Shown: positions 36,219 through 48,000, numbered from the stretch's first letter. The stretch: DNA of 64,000 nt from Candidatus Eiseniibacteriota bacterium (GCA_963783375.1 CAWANH010000028.1:1920001-1984000); one strand, 5' to 3'. The notes: generated by a model not told the origin, from the sequence alone. Numbers and translations: made by a program.

Positions 36219-36644
36219 CTACTCGGAAGTCTTACGTTTGAGATCGGTCATCAGGTTGAATCGCAGGGTCTTGGCCTGGACGAGGGCGTCCATGAGATCC
36301 GCCACCGTGCCGAAGTCCGCGTTCTTGTCGCCCTTCACCACCACCACCGCGTTGGGGTTCCTGGCCCGCCAGTTCACGATGGCGTCCACCAGGTCGTCCT
36401 TCGCCACCTCCCGGACGTCGAGCCCCGCCGCCCCCGAGATGAAGGTCCGTCCCTCCGGCCCCACGGTGAGGATGATGGTGTCGGTGTCGGGGATGTGGAC
36501 CTCGGAGCGGGAGGCGGGAAGGGTCACCGCCACCGGCTCCGGCGGCTTGAACTGGGTGGTGGACATGAAGAAGATGAGGAGCAGGAAGGCGACGTCGACC
36601 ATCGGGGTCATGTCGATCCGCACGCCCAGCCGGTGCTTGGCCAT
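36219..36644 (-). CDS. exbD: Biopolymer transporter ExbD
   Basis: IDMTPMVDVAFLLLIFFM.TT.F, KGDK.A.FG. Confidence 0.92.
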   Translation of the reverse strand: MAKHRLGVRIDMTPMVDVAFLLLIFFMSTTQFKPPEPVAVTLPASRSEVHIPDTDTIILTVGPEGRTFISGAAGLDVREVAKDDLVDAIVNWRARNPNAVVVVKGDKNADFGTVADLMDALVQAKTLRFNLMTDLKRKTSE

Positions 36645-36647
36645 CCT

Positions 36648-37361
36648 CTAGGCCTCCTGCTGCTCCAGGAGCTGGAGCACGGTGTAGCTCGACTCCTCCA
36701 TGGAATTGGTGAAGTTGTCCACCCGGGTGGTGAAGTAGTTGTAGAGCACGATGGCGATGATGGCGGTGGTGAGGCCGAGGGCGGTGTTCACCAGGGCCTC
36801 GGAGATCCCCACCGCGAGCTGGGTGGCGTCGGGGGCTCCGGCCCGGGCCATGGCGTGAAACGCCCGGATCATCCCGATCGTGGTTCCCAGAAGCCCCAGC
36901 ATGGTGGCGATGGAGGCGATGGTGGAGAGCGCGCTCAGGTTCCGCTCCAGGAGCGGGCTCTCCAGGGCGCTGGCCACCGCGATGCTCTTCCGCGTCTCCT
37001 CCAGGAGCTCCTTCTTCTCGATGCCCTTCTGGCGGAGGTTCTGATAGCGCTCCAGCCCCGCCCCGATCACGTTGGCCAGGCTCCCGCCCTGCTTCTTGCA
37101 GGCCTCGATGGCGTCGGCCACGTTGCCGCCGTCCAGAGCCGCCTTCACGTTCCGGAGGAACCCGTTCACGCTTCCCCGCCCGCCGGCCCTCCAGAGCACC
37201 AGGGTCCGCTCCAGGGCGAAGGTGAGCCCGAGGAAGAGGAAGGTAAGGCCGAGGATGAGGAGCGGGCCGCCGCGCCTCAGGTAGTCGGGGAGATGGTCCC
37301 AGATGTACCACGACACCACCAGGGAGATGATGATGATGGGGATGAGGATGTAGCTCTTCAC
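36648..37361 (-). CDS. exbB: MotA/TolQ/ExbB proton channel
   Basis: LGLLGT..GMI.AF, GISEAL.NTA.G. Confidence 0.93.
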   Translation of the reverse strand: MKSYILIPIIIISLVVSWYIWDHLPDYLRRGGPLLILGLTFLFLGLTFALERTLVLWRAGGRGSVNGFLRNVKAALDGGNVADAIEACKKQGGSLANVIGAGLERYQNLRQKGIEKKELLEETRKSIAVASALESPLLERNLSALSTIASIATMLGLLGTTIGMIRAFHAMARAGAPDATQLAVGISEALVNTALGLTTAIIAIVLYNYFTTRVDNFTNSMEESSYTVLQLLEQQEA

Positions 37362-37399
37362 GTCGGTCCTCCTGGATGTTCACCCGCCGGGGTGGGGGA

Positions 37400-39252
37400 T
37401 CAGCCGCCCCCGCTCCTGGCCTTCTGCAAAAGCTCCCAGCCCTTGACCAGGGTGGGGTTCCTTGGGTCGATGGCCCGTGCCTTCTCGAACGCCGATTCGG
37501 CTCCGTCCCAGTTCTGTAGGCCGAGATAGGCGTTTCCGAGCCCGGCCCAGGCGTCGGCGTTACCGGGTTCGGCCTCGGCGGCGGCCTTGTAGGTCCGCGC
37601 CGCGTTCTTGAAGTCGCTCCGCCGAATGTAGCAGTAACCCAGGCCTCGGAGCGCGCGCGCATTGTGCGGTTCGGACGCGAGGGCCAGCTTGTACTCCTTT
37701 TCCGCCGCGCCGGTGGAGTCGCTCATCACCAGGGCCTGTCCGAGGAGCACCCGCCCGATGGTGAGGCTGTCGTCGAGGGCCAGGGCCGCGCGGAAGGGGG
37801 CGACGGCCTCGCGGTACTTCCCCGCCTGAAGATAGGCCACCCCGAGGTTCAGCCGGTAGAGCGCCGAGGTCGAATCCAGGGCCGCCGCGCGCTCCAGGTG
37901 GATCGCGGCGGAGTCGGGGCGGCCGGCGGCGAGCTCGAGGAGCCCCGCGCGATAGCGCACCTCGGCCGAGGCGGGGTCGAGCCGCATCGCCCGGTCGAGC
38001 CGCTTGCGCGCCGCGTCGTAGTCCTTCTGGCCGGCGAGGTAGTCGGCCAGGGCGAGAAGATCCTGGGGATCGTCGAGCACGCTGTCCGGGAGCGAGGCGA
38101 AGATCCCGCGGCCTGGGCCTTTCCCGCCGCGTCGGAACCACGGAGGCCGGCCCGGGCCAGGGTGAGCCGGACCTCGGTCCGGGTGCTGTCCAGGGCCATC
38201 GCCGCCCGCGCGGCCTCCAGGGCCTGGTCGTAGCTCCCCACCGCCAGGAGGGCGTCGGCCAGGCCGATCTGGGCGTCCACGTCGCCGGGCACCCGCTTCA
38301 CGTAGGCGAGGTAGGCCGCCGCCGCCTTCCCGTTCTGCCCCGCCCGCCGGTAGAGATCGGCCAGGTCCCCGAGCGCGGGGGTGTAGGTGGAATCGACCCC
38401 GAGCGCCTTCATGTACGTGTCGCGGGCGTCGTTGTATCGCTCGAGATCCTCGTAGAGCTTTCCGAGGCTGGTGAGGAGCGGGGCGGTGGGCTCCGCCCCC
38501 GGCGCGGCCAGGGCCTTCTCGTAGGCGTCGACCGCGAGGCTGGGGATCTTCCGCTCCTGGTACACCCGGGCCAGCGCCTCCGCGTAGAGCGGCTCGGCGG
38601 GGTCCAGGCTCTGGGCGATCAGGGCCTCCTTCTCCGCCCCGGTGAGGTCGCCGGTCCCGAGGTCCAGGAGCGCCATCCCGTAGTGGTAGAGATCTTCGCC
38701 CTCGTCCCGGCCGTGCAGCTTGGCGCCCCGGGCGAGAAGGTCCCTGGCCCGGCTCCAATCCTTGTCGGCCATGGCCAGCCGGGCCTTTCCGTAGACCGCT
38801 TCCCAGAGGTCGTGCTTCTCGGCCAGGGCCCGGTCGATCTCCTCCGAGGCCTCGGCGTTCCGTCCCATCCGCAAGAGGAGGAGCCCCAACCCGGCGCGGG
38901 CTTCGGGATAGGCCGCGCTCCCCGCCGACACCCGGTCGTGGATCGCCGCCCGGAAGAGGGAGTCCGCCCGGGCGTAGAGTCCCCGGTGGACCGCGACTTC
39001 GGCCAGGCCGTAGTGGGCCTTGTCCGCCTGGTAGCCGGCGGCCAGGGCCTCGTCGAACCTGGCCGCCGCCTGGTCCAGGTCGCGGCTCTCCAGGGCCTTC
39101 ATCCCCAGCCGGATCGGGTCCACGTCGAAGGTGTAGCGGGGCTGGGCGAGGGCCGGCAGGGGAGCGAGCACCAGGGCCAGCATCACCCAGGGCCACGCGC
39201 CCGCCGCTTTCCGCCGACGGGGCCGAACCGGGTTCCGCGCGGGAGCGATCAT
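37400..39252 (-). CDS. Exported TPR-repeat protein, apparently frameshifted near 38105
   Basis: ORF 37849..39252 gives signal peptide and TPRs up to ..GKAQAA; TPRs continue in the frame of ORF 37400..39304 from GIFASLP; junction at a GGG run. Confidence 0.8.
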
Positions 39253-39260
39253 GCCTTCTC

Positions 39261-40220
39261 CTAGCCCGACTTTCCGACCGGGCCGGTGGTGAGGATGACT
39301 TCACGGAGGGGGCGCCGGGCGGGGAGCGCGCCGTCGCGCTCCACCTGCCGCTGGCCCCGGGCGCTCACCAGGTAGCTCAGGAACATGTTGCCGCTGATGC
39401 TACCGGAGGCGGGACAGGAGGCGTAGAGGTAATGGAAGAGGGGGTACTCGCCGTACCCGATCGCCTCGTAGGTGGGAAGGGCGGCCCGGGTGGTGTCGGT
39501 CCCGACCGCCACCGGCGCCACTCCCAGGGAATCGAGGTTCCCGGGGAGGGAGAGGGAGCTTCCGAGCCCCAGGGCCCGGGGCTCGGCGGCCACCGCCCGG
39601 AGCACCTGGGCCTCGTCGGCCAGGAACACCACCCCGGGGGTCTGCCGGATCGAATCCCCGGCGGCCAGGCCCACCCGCCCCCGAAACGCGGTCCAGAGAC
39701 CGGTGTTGGGGTCGGGAACGTAGAGCCGGTCGAAGGAGGGGGGAAAGGCCCCGTCGGCCAGCGCGCGCAGGGTCGACACATCCAGGCTCTCCACCGGCGC
39801 GGCGGGGTTCTCGAGCACCACCACCGCTCCCAGAGCCACCGGAAACCACAGGGCGGTGTCGCCGCGCGCGGTTTTGAAGAGCCCCTGCTCGTCGGGAGCG
39901 GGGGGCCGGCTCAGAAACGCGACGTCGGCCCGCCGGTTGGCCAGGTCCTCCAGGGCCCGGGCGGTCCCGCCCCCGGTCATTTCGATTCCCAGATCGGGGT
40001 AGTCCCGGCGGTAGTGGGCGAGGAGACGGGGGATGAGCCGGGGAGCGAGATCGAGACCGGCGACGGAAAGCGTTTTCATCGCGCTTTCGCGGGGGTTCAG
40101 GCGTTCGGCCAGGTTCCCCCAGTGCACGCCCCCGCGGGCGAGGATGAGCGCGATCACCACCAGCACGTAGATGATCACCCGGCCGTGGAGCGAGAAGATC
40201 CGTATCCGCGGACCCGCCAA
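39261..40220 (-). CDS. PstS-like (PBP2) substrate-binding protein with N-terminal anchor
   Basis: GGGT..AL..L....ADVAFLSR, PT.E.I..G.YPL, F..Y..S..GQR.V...G.LP. Confidence 0.8.
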   Translation of the reverse strand: MAGPRIRIFSLHGRVIIYVLVVIALILARGGVHWGNLAERLNPRESAMKTLSVAGLDLAPRLIPRLLAHYRRDYPDLGIEMTGGGTARALEDLANRRADVAFLSRPPAPDEQGLFKTARGDTALWFPVALGAVVVLENPAAPVESLDVSTLRALADGAFPPSFDRLYVPDPNTGLWTAFRGRVGLAAGDSIRQTPGVVFLADEAQVLRAVAAEPRALGLGSSLSLPGNLDSLGVAPVAVGTDTTRAALPTYEAIGYGEYPLFHYLYASCPASGSISGNMFLSYLVSARGQRQVERDGALPARRPLREVILTTGPVGKSG

Positions 40221-40476
40221 CGATTCGACTCCTTAGGTTGTCTTCCCCTCCGGCCCGGCCGAGCCGTGGTGCGCGCCGAGGGTACCGCGATCCCCGGCCG
40301 AGCCGGCCCCGTCCGGTCCCCATCATACCCAGCCCTCCGGCGGCCCGAAACAGTTTCCTGGGCCGGTTCTTCGGGGGTGGGGCCATGCGATCGCACTTTC
40401 GGGCTCCGGCCCCATGGCCTAAGATGAGCCCCGATTCGCGATCCAGTTCCGGCGCTTCACGAAGGGCGGTGCCTTC

Positions 40477-41994
40477 ATGCAAGTCGACCGATCCGGCCAT
40501 CTTTTTCGCGCTCCGGTTCGAACGCGAACGGCCTCGATCTTCCTGGCCGCGGCGGTGTGCGTCGTCCTGGCCGGGGCCTGCTCCTCCCCGGCTCGTGATA
40601 CCCCGCCCGTGGCCGCGGATTCCGCGGTCGCGGTCGCCGGCGCCCCGCCAACGAATTCCGGCGATGAAACCGCTTTCCTCGACACCCTGGAGGCCCGCAC
40701 CTTCCGCTGGTTCTGGGACCTGAGCGATCCCCGGACCGGGCTCACCCCCGATCGCCGGCCGACCCGTTCCTTCCAGAGCATCAGCGCCACCGGCTTCGCG
40801 CTCACCGCCTACCCCATCGGGGTGGAGCGCGGCTACGTGAGCCGGGAACGGGCGGTGGAGCGGGTGCTCACCACCCTGCGCTTCCTCCGGGACGCCCCCC
40901 AGGGAACCGCCGCCTCGGGCACCATCGGCTACCGGGGCTTCTTTTACCACTTCCTGGAGCCGGAGACCGGAACCCGGTTCAAGGACGTCGAACTCTCCAC
41001 CGTGGATACCGCGCTGCTCCTGGCCGGGGCGCTCTTCTGCGAGAGCTACTTCGACCGGCCCGGTGGGGGCGAGCCGGAGATCCGGGCCCTGGCCGATACC
41101 CTCTACGCCCGGGCGGACTGGCAATGGGCCCAGGTCCGGCCCCCGGCCATCGGCCACGGCTGGGACCCCGACAAGGGGTTTCTTCCCTATGACTGGCGGG
41201 GGATGAACGAGGCCATGCTGGTCTATCTCCTGGCCCTCGGCTCGCCGACCCATCCCGTGGACCCCGCGGCCTGGGAGGAGTGGACCTCGACCTACCGATG
41301 GGGCACGTTCCACGATCAGAGCTACATCGGCTTCGGCCCCCTCTTCGGCTATCACTACACCCACGTGTGGTTCGATTTCCGGGGCATCGCCGACGCCGCC
41401 ATGCGGGAGAAGGGGATCGACTACTTCGAGAACGCCCGACGCGCCACCCTGGCCCAGCGCGCCTACGCGGTCGAGAATCCCGGAGGGTGGGCGGGCTACG
41501 GGCCCGACCTCTGGGGGCTCACCGCCTGCGACGGTCCCCTGGACGGCACGGTGACCGTGGACGGCCGGGCTCGGGAGTTCCATACCTACTGGGGGCGGGG
41601 AGCGTCGTTCCTGGGGGTCCGGGACGACGGGACGGTGGCCCCCACCGCCGCCGGGGGTTCCATCGTCTACGCCCCCGACCTGGTGATCCCCACGCTGATG
41701 GCGGTCAAGGCCGCCTACGGCGACCGGGTCTTCAACACCTACGGGTTCGTGGACGCCCTCAACCCGACGTTGAAGTCCGAGGTCGACGTGCAGATGGGGA
41801 CCGTGGTTCCCGGCCTGGGGTGGTTCGACACCGACCAGCTGGGGATCGACCAGGGCCCGATCCTGGCCATGGCCGAGAACTACCGGACCGGGCTGGTGTG
41901 GAGGGTCATGCGGCGGAATCCCTACGTGATCCGGGGGCTCATGCGGGCGGGGTTCACCGGCGGTTGGCTGGACTCGGTCGAGGCGGCTCGATGA
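40477..41994 (+). CDS. Endo-beta-1,2-glucanase-like lipoprotein (GH144/glucoamylase-like)
   Basis: LAGAC lipobox; GFFYHF, WGLTACDGP, GIDQGPIL.M.ENYRTG.VW motifs. Confidence 0.85.
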   Translation: MQVDRSGHLFRAPVRTRTASIFLAAAVCVVLAGACSSPARDTPPVAADSAVAVAGAPPTNSGDETAFLDTLEARTFRWFWDLSDPRTGLTPDRRPTRSFQSISATGFALTAYPIGVERGYVSRERAVERVLTTLRFLRDAPQGTAASGTIGYRGFFYHFLEPETGTRFKDVELSTVDTALLLAGALFCESYFDRPGGGEPEIRALADTLYARADWQWAQVRPPAIGHGWDPDKGFLPYDWRGMNEAMLVYLLALGSPTHPVDPAAWEEWTSTYRWGTFHDQSYIGFGPLFGYHYTHVWFDFRGIADAAMREKGIDYFENARRATLAQRAYAVENPGGWAGYGPDLWGLTACDGPLDGTVTVDGRAREFHTYWGRGASFLGVRDDGTVAPTAAGGSIVYAPDLVIPTLMAVKAAYGDRVFNTYGFVDALNPTLKSEVDVQMGTVVPGLGWFDTDQLGIDQGPILAMAENYRTGLVWRVMRRNPYVIRGLMRAGFTGGWLDSVEAAR

Positions 41995-43319
41995 CCCACG
42001 GCGGGTCGAGCGTCCGGCGCTTCGACCGGAAGCTCATGCTCCTGGTCCTGGCCGCGCTCCTCACCGGGTGCGCGGGGCGGGGAGGCGAGCAAACCACCCT
42101 GCGCTTCTGGGCCATGGGCCGCGAGGGGGAGGTGGTGGAGAGCCTCGTCCGCGACTTCGAGCGCGAGAACCCCGGGATCCGGGTGGACGTCCAGCAGATC
42201 CCCTGGTCGGCGGCCCACGAGAAACTCCTGACCTCGATCGTGGGGCGCTCCACCCCCGACGTGGCCCAGCTCGGAAACACCTGGATCGCCGAGTTCTCCG
42301 CGCTTCGCGCGCTCCTCCCCCTCGACTCGCGCCTGGCCGCCTCGGCGGCGATGGATTCCTCCTCCTACTTCCACGGTATCTGGGACACCAACGTGGTGGG
42401 GGCGACGACCTACGGGGTGCCGTGGTACGTGGATACGCGCCTCCTCTTCTACCGGAAGGACCTGTTCGCCCGGGCCGGCTACGACTCGATCCCCGGGACC
42501 TGGGACGGCTGGCGCGAGGCCCTCGAGGCGGTGAAACGCGAGGTGGGCTCCGATCGCTACGCCATCTTCCTTCCCACCAACGAGTGGAACACCCCGGTCA
42601 TCCTGGGGCTTCAGGCCGGCTCGCCGCTCCTCGTGGACGACGACACCCGGGGCGCCTTCTCCCGGCCCGCCTTCAAGCGCGCCTTCCACTTCTACCTGGA
42701 TCTCTTCCGGGAGGAGCTGGCCCCGCCGGTCACCGGGAACGAGATCGCCAACATGTACCAGGAGTTCGCCCGCGGGTACTTCTCGATGGTGGTGACCGGC
42801 CCTTGGAACCTGGGGGAGTTCGCGCGGCGCCTGCCCCCCGAGCTGAAGGATGAATGGGGCACCTCTCCCTTTCCCGGACCCGAGGGTCCGGGGTCGGGGG
42901 TGAGCCTGGCCGGGGGGTCGAGCCTGGTGGTGTTCCGGGGCACCGAGCATCCCGACGCGGCCTGGCGGCTGCTGGAGTTCCTCTCCCGGCCCGAGGTGCA
43001 GGTGCGCTTCTACGGCCTCACCGGCGATCTTCCGGCGCGAAAGGAGGCGTGGGAAGACACGAGCCTCAGCGCCGATCCCAACCTCGCCGCGTTCCGGGTC
43101 CAGCTCGAGCGCACCGTGCCCACCCCCAAGGTCCCCGAGTGGGAGCTCATCGCCACCCGCCTCCTGGAACAGGCGGAAGCCGCGGTGCGGGGCGCGGTGG
43201 AGCCGGACTCGGCCCTGGTCAAGCTCGACCGGGAGGTGAACCGGATCCTCGAGAAGCGCCGCTGGCTCCTGGAGCACGGGCGGCTCCACGCCTACGAGTC
43301 CGCGGAGGCCGGCCGATGA
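41991..43319 (+). CDS. Sugar ABC transporter substrate-binding lipoprotein
   Basis: LTGC lipobox, FWAMGREGE, PDV.QLGNTW, PWYVDTR.LFYRKD. Confidence 0.92.
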   Translation: MTHGGSSVRRFDRKLMLLVLAALLTGCAGRGGEQTTLRFWAMGREGEVVESLVRDFERENPGIRVDVQQIPWSAAHEKLLTSIVGRSTPDVAQLGNTWIAEFSALRALLPLDSRLAASAAMDSSSYFHGIWDTNVVGATTYGVPWYVDTRLLFYRKDLFARAGYDSIPGTWDGWREALEAVKREVGSDRYAIFLPTNEWNTPVILGLQAGSPLLVDDDTRGAFSRPAFKRAFHFYLDLFREELAPPVTGNEIANMYQEFARGYFSMVVTGPWNLGEFARRLPPELKDEWGTSPFPGPEGPGSGVSLAGGSSLVVFRGTEHPDAAWRLLEFLSRPEVQVRFYGLTGDLPARKEAWEDTSLSADPNLAAFRVQLERTVPTPKVPEWELIATRLLEQAEAAVRGAVEPDSALVKLDREVNRILEKRRWLLEHGRLHAYESAEAGR

Positions 43320-44211
43320 GCACCGTCCTCGCCCGCCGCCAGGCCCGCTCCGCCGTCCTCTTTCTCGCCCCCGCCCTGGGGCTGATCGCCGTCTTCTTCG
43401 TGATCCCGGTGGCGGCGGGGTTGCTCCTGAGCCTCACCGACTTCGACATCTACTCCATCGGAAACCCCTCCACCGCCCGGTTCGTGGGGCTCCTGAACTA
43501 CGTCCACGTGCTCCAGGACCCCGACTTCTGGGGGGCGCTCCGGAATACGCTGTACTTCGTCCTGGTCGGGGGGCCGCTCTCGGTCCTGGTTTCGCTCGTC
43601 GCCGCGCTCCTGTTGAACGACCGCCTGGTGCGCTTCCGGAGCCTCTTCCGCACCATCTACTTCGCCCCCGTGGTCACCACCCTGGTGGCGGTGGCCATCG
43701 TCTGGCGCTACATGTACAACCCCCGCTACGGGCTCCTGAACCAGGGCCTGGAGGCATTCGGGTTCCATCCCATCGACTGGCTGGGGGATCCCCACTGGGC
43801 CATGCCCGCGATCATCCTGCTCGCGATCTGGAAGAACTTCGGCTACAACATGCTGATCTTCTTCGCCGGCCTCCAGACCATTTCCGAGTCCCTCTACGAG
43901 GCGGCCTCGATCGACGGGGCCGGCTCCTGGCGCCGGTTCCGCCACATCACCCTTCCCGGCCTCGCCCCCACCTTCCTGTTCGTGGGGGTGACCACCATGA
44001 TCGGCTACTTCCAGCTCTTCGCCGAACCCTACGTCATGACCCAGGGAGGGCCGCTCCGGAGCACCACCAGCATCGTGCTCCTCATGTACGAGCAGGGCTT
44101 CCGCTGGTGGCGGATGGGCTACGCGTCGACCATCGCGGTGGTGCTGCTCCTGATCACCCTGATCGGAACCCTGATCCAGATGCGATTCCACCGAGGGGGG
44201 GAGAGAGGTGA
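43316..44211 (+). CDS. Sugar ABC transporter permease (stop lost by an apparent 1-bp deletion near 44200)
   Basis: EAA motif LYEAASIDGA; one extra G in the run at 44195-44201 would give ..RGGGER-TGA overlapping the next GTG. Confidence 0.85.
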
Positions 44212-45035
44212 CCCTTTCCCGCCCGGCGCGCTCGGCGCTCCTGCACGCGGCCCTGATCGTGGGGGCCGCCGTCACCCTCGCCCCCCTGGTCTGGATGGTC
44301 TCGGCATCCTTCATGCCCACCGGCGAGGCCAACTCCATCCCGGTACGCTTCCTCCCCAGCCGGCCGACCCTGGAGCACTACCGCGATCTCTTCACCCGGC
44401 TGAACCTGGCCCGGGTGTTCCTGAACAGCACCATCATCACCGTCACCGCCACCCTGGTCTCGGTGCTGGTGAACGCCCTGGCCGGCTACGCCTTCGCCAA
44501 GCTCCGTTTCCGGGGGCGGGACCCCCTGTTCAAGAGCCTGGCCCTGGCCCTGGTGGTCCCGGCCCAGGTGGCCATGCTGCCCCTCTTCCTGCTCCTCCGG
44601 CAGATGGGCTTCGTGAACACCTACGTCGGGGTCATGATCCCGTACTTCGCCAGCGTGTTCGGGATCTTCCTCATCCGCCAGTACGCCCTGAGCATTCCCG
44701 ACGAGCTCCTGGACGCGGCGCGGGTGGACGGGGCCAGCGAGGCCCGCGTCTTCTGGACCATCGCGGTCCCGGTGATCTCGCCGATCCTCATCACCCTGGC
44801 CGCCTTCACCTTCCTGAGCGCGTGGAACGACTTCATGTGGCCGCTCATCATCCTGAGCGACAGCCAGAACTACACCCTTCCCGTGGCCCTGGCCAACCTG
44901 GTGGGGGAGCACGTCCAGGACACCGAGCTCATGATGGCCGGCTCGGTGCTCACCGTCCTTCCCGCCCTCGGCGTGTTCCTGGTCTTCCAGCGGGCCTACG
45001 TCCGCGGGGTCATGGCGGGGAGCTTGAAGGAGTGA
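44208..45035 (+). CDS. Sugar ABC transporter permease
   Basis: AGYAFAKL.F.GR, ELLDAARVDGA, WNDF.WPL. Confidence 0.93.
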   Translation: MTLSRPARSALLHAALIVGAAVTLAPLVWMVSASFMPTGEANSIPVRFLPSRPTLEHYRDLFTRLNLARVFLNSTIITVTATLVSVLVNALAGYAFAKLRFRGRDPLFKSLALALVVPAQVAMLPLFLLLRQMGFVNTYVGVMIPYFASVFGIFLIRQYALSIPDELLDAARVDGASEARVFWTIAVPVISPILITLAAFTFLSAWNDFMWPLIILSDSQNYTLPVALANLVGEHVQDTELMMAGSVLTVLPALGVFLVFQRAYVRGVMAGSLKE

Positions 45036-48000
45036 TGCGCATGAGCTTCCGGTTCGGTTCGGCCCGGGGGGGACTGGGGGCGGCGGCGGGCGCCGCCGTG
45101 CTGCTCCTGACCGCCCTGCTCCCGGTCCGAGGCCTCGACGCGGCGGACACCGCGCCCCCGGTGCGGGTGGACGCCTTCGACGACGTGAGCGCCTGGTCCG
45201 CCCATCCCGCCGACGGGGTGAAGCTCGACATCGGTTCCGACGCGGGCTACGACGGCCGGGCCATGCGGCTGGACTTCCAGTTCCTGGGTGGCGGCGGCTA
45301 CGCGGTGGCGCGGCGAAAGGTGGACCTGGACCTCCCCGCCAACTACGCCTTCACCTTCCGGATCCGGGGCGACGCCCCCCCCGAGAACCTGGAGTTCAAG
45401 CTGATCGACGACACCGGAGAGAACGTGTGGTGGTTCGTTCGGCGGGACTTCACCTTCCCCGCGGAATGGACCACCTTGAAGACCCGGAAGCGCCAGATCC
45501 GGTTCGCCTGGGGGCCGGCCGGAGGGGGGGAGATCCACCACGTGGCCGCCCTGGAGATCGTGGTGACCGCGGGGAGCGGAGGGAAGGGAACGGTGTGGGT
45601 GGACGACCTCCGGCTCCGCCCGCTTCCGCCGCCGGACGCCAACCCGCCCGCCCCGGTGGCGAGCGCCTCGTCCGAGGCCGGCGGCCACCGGGCGCGCGCC
45701 GCCGCCGACGGCGACCCGGCCAGCTACTGGGCCGGCCGCGATTCGGATCGCGCGCCCTGGCTGATGCTCGACCTCGGGGAATCGCGCGAGTTCGGCGGGC
45801 TCGTCGTGGACTGGCTCCCCGGTCGCGCCCCCGCCGGCTACGTGGTGGAAGCGGCGGACGAGGACGGGAACTGGAAGACCCTGGCCGCGGTCGACAGCAC
45901 GAACGGCGGCCGCGACTACCTGTACCTCCCGGATTCGGAGTCGGACCGGGTGCGGATCCGGGCCACCGGTGGAGTGCCCGCGGACGGGGTGGCGGTCTCG
46001 GAGCTCGTGCTGGAGCCGGTGGCATTCTCGGCCGGCCGCGAGGTGTTCTTCGAGGCCATCGCCGCCGACGCCCCGCCGGGGATCTATCCCCGCGGTTTCT
46101 CCGGACAGCAGGTCTACTGGACGGTGGTGGGCCAGGACGGGGACCGGCGCGAGGTGCTGGTGAACGAGGACGGCGCGGTGGGGGCCGGCCCGGGTTCCTT
46201 CTCCCTCGAGCCCTTCGTTTTCACCGGCGGGAAGCTCACCACCTGGGCTGACGCCGGGGAGGACCAGAGCCTGATCCTGGGCGCCCTCCCCCTCCCCAGC
46301 GTCCGCCGGCGGATCGGGGACCTGCTCCTCGACGCCACGTTCTTCGCCGCCGGAGACACCGGCGCCTCCTCGGTGGTGGCGCGTTACCGGCTCCAGAACC
46401 GGGGCTCGGCGCGCTCCACCGGCACCCTGTACCTGGCGCTCCGTCCCTTCCAGGTGAACCCGCCCAGCCAGACCCTCAACAACCCGGGGGGATGCGCGCG
46501 GGTGGCTTCGATCGCGCGGGAGGGGCGGACGGTTCGGGTGAACGGCGACCGCGAGGTGATCTCGCTCACCGGGCCGGGCGGCTTCGGGGCGGCTTCGTTC
46601 GTCGAGGGCGGCGTGGTGGCGGATTACCTGGCCCACGATCGTCTGCCCGCCCGAATCGCGGTGCGCGACTCCTTCGAGGCCGCCTCGGCCGCTCTCGCCT
46701 ACCCCTTCGACCTCGGCCCGGGAGGGGCGCGCGAGGTGGACGTGGTGATCCCGCTCCATCCCGATTCCCCCCTCCCACCGGAAGGAAACGACGGCGACGG
46801 GGTCCGGTGGGTGCGGCAGAATTTCGACGCGGTCCGGGGGAACTGGTCGGCGGCCACCGACCGGGTGACCCTCAAGCTCCCCGACCCGACCTCGGCGGTG
46901 ACGGCCACGGTACGCGCCCAGCTCGGCTACATCCTGGTGAACCGCGCCGGCCCGGCCATCCGCCCCGGGGCGCGGGCCTACCGGCGGTCGTGGATCCGGG
47001 ACGGTTCCCTCACCTCCACCGCGCTCCTTCGCCTCGGCCACGCCGGGGAAGCGAAAGAGTTCCTCACCTGGTACGCGGCTCACCAGTACCCGAACGGCAA
47101 GATCCCCTGCGTGGTGGACGCGCGGGGGGCGGACCCCGTCCCCGAGCACGACTCGAGCGGCGAGTTCATCTACCTGGTCGCCGAGATCGAGCGGTACACC
47201 GGCGACCGGGCCCTGGCCGATTCGCTCTATCCCCGGGTCCTGGCCGCGGCGGCGTACCTGGACTCCCTCCGTCACGTGGACATGACGCCGGAGTACCGGG
47301 AGGGGGAGAAGCGGGCGTTCTACGGGATCCTCCCCCCGTCGATCAGCCACGAGGGCTACTCGGCCAAGCCGATGCACAGCTACTGGGACGACTTCTGGGC
47401 GCTTCGGGGGTTCGAAGACGCGGCCTACCTGGCCGGGCGGTTGGGGCACGAGGCCGACCGGAAGCGGCTGACCGCGATCCACGACGAGTTCCAGAAGGAC
47501 ATCCTGGCCTCGATCGCGGCGGCCATGGAGCGGCACGGAATCGATTACATCCCCGGCTGCGCGGATCTCGGGGACTTCGACGCGACCTCGACCACCATCG
47601 CGCTCTCGCCGGTGGACGCCCTGAACGTCCTCCCGCGGGACGCGGTGGACGCCACGTTTGAACGGTATTGGAAGTTCTTCACCGACCGCCGGGACGGAGC
47701 GGCGTGGGACGCGTTCACCCCGTACGAATTGCGGAACGTGGGGGCGTTCGTGCGGCTGGGCTGGCGGGAGCGGGCGGGGGAACTGCTGGACTGGTTCCTC
47801 AGGTACCAGCGTCCCGCGGGCTGGCGCCAGTGGGCCGAGGTGGTGGCGCACGACGAGCGGAAGCCCCGGTTCATCGGGGACATGCCCCACACCTGGGTAG
47901 GCTCGGACTACATCCGCTCGGTGCTCGACATGCTGGCCTACGAGCGGGGGGCGGACAGCACCCTGGTGCTGGGGGCGGGGGTCCAGGCGGCCTGGATCGA

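Noticed and set aside
39261-40220. Phosphate uptake system pstSCAB
   Set aside because: No PstC, PstA, PstB or PhoU nearby; the context is TonB.
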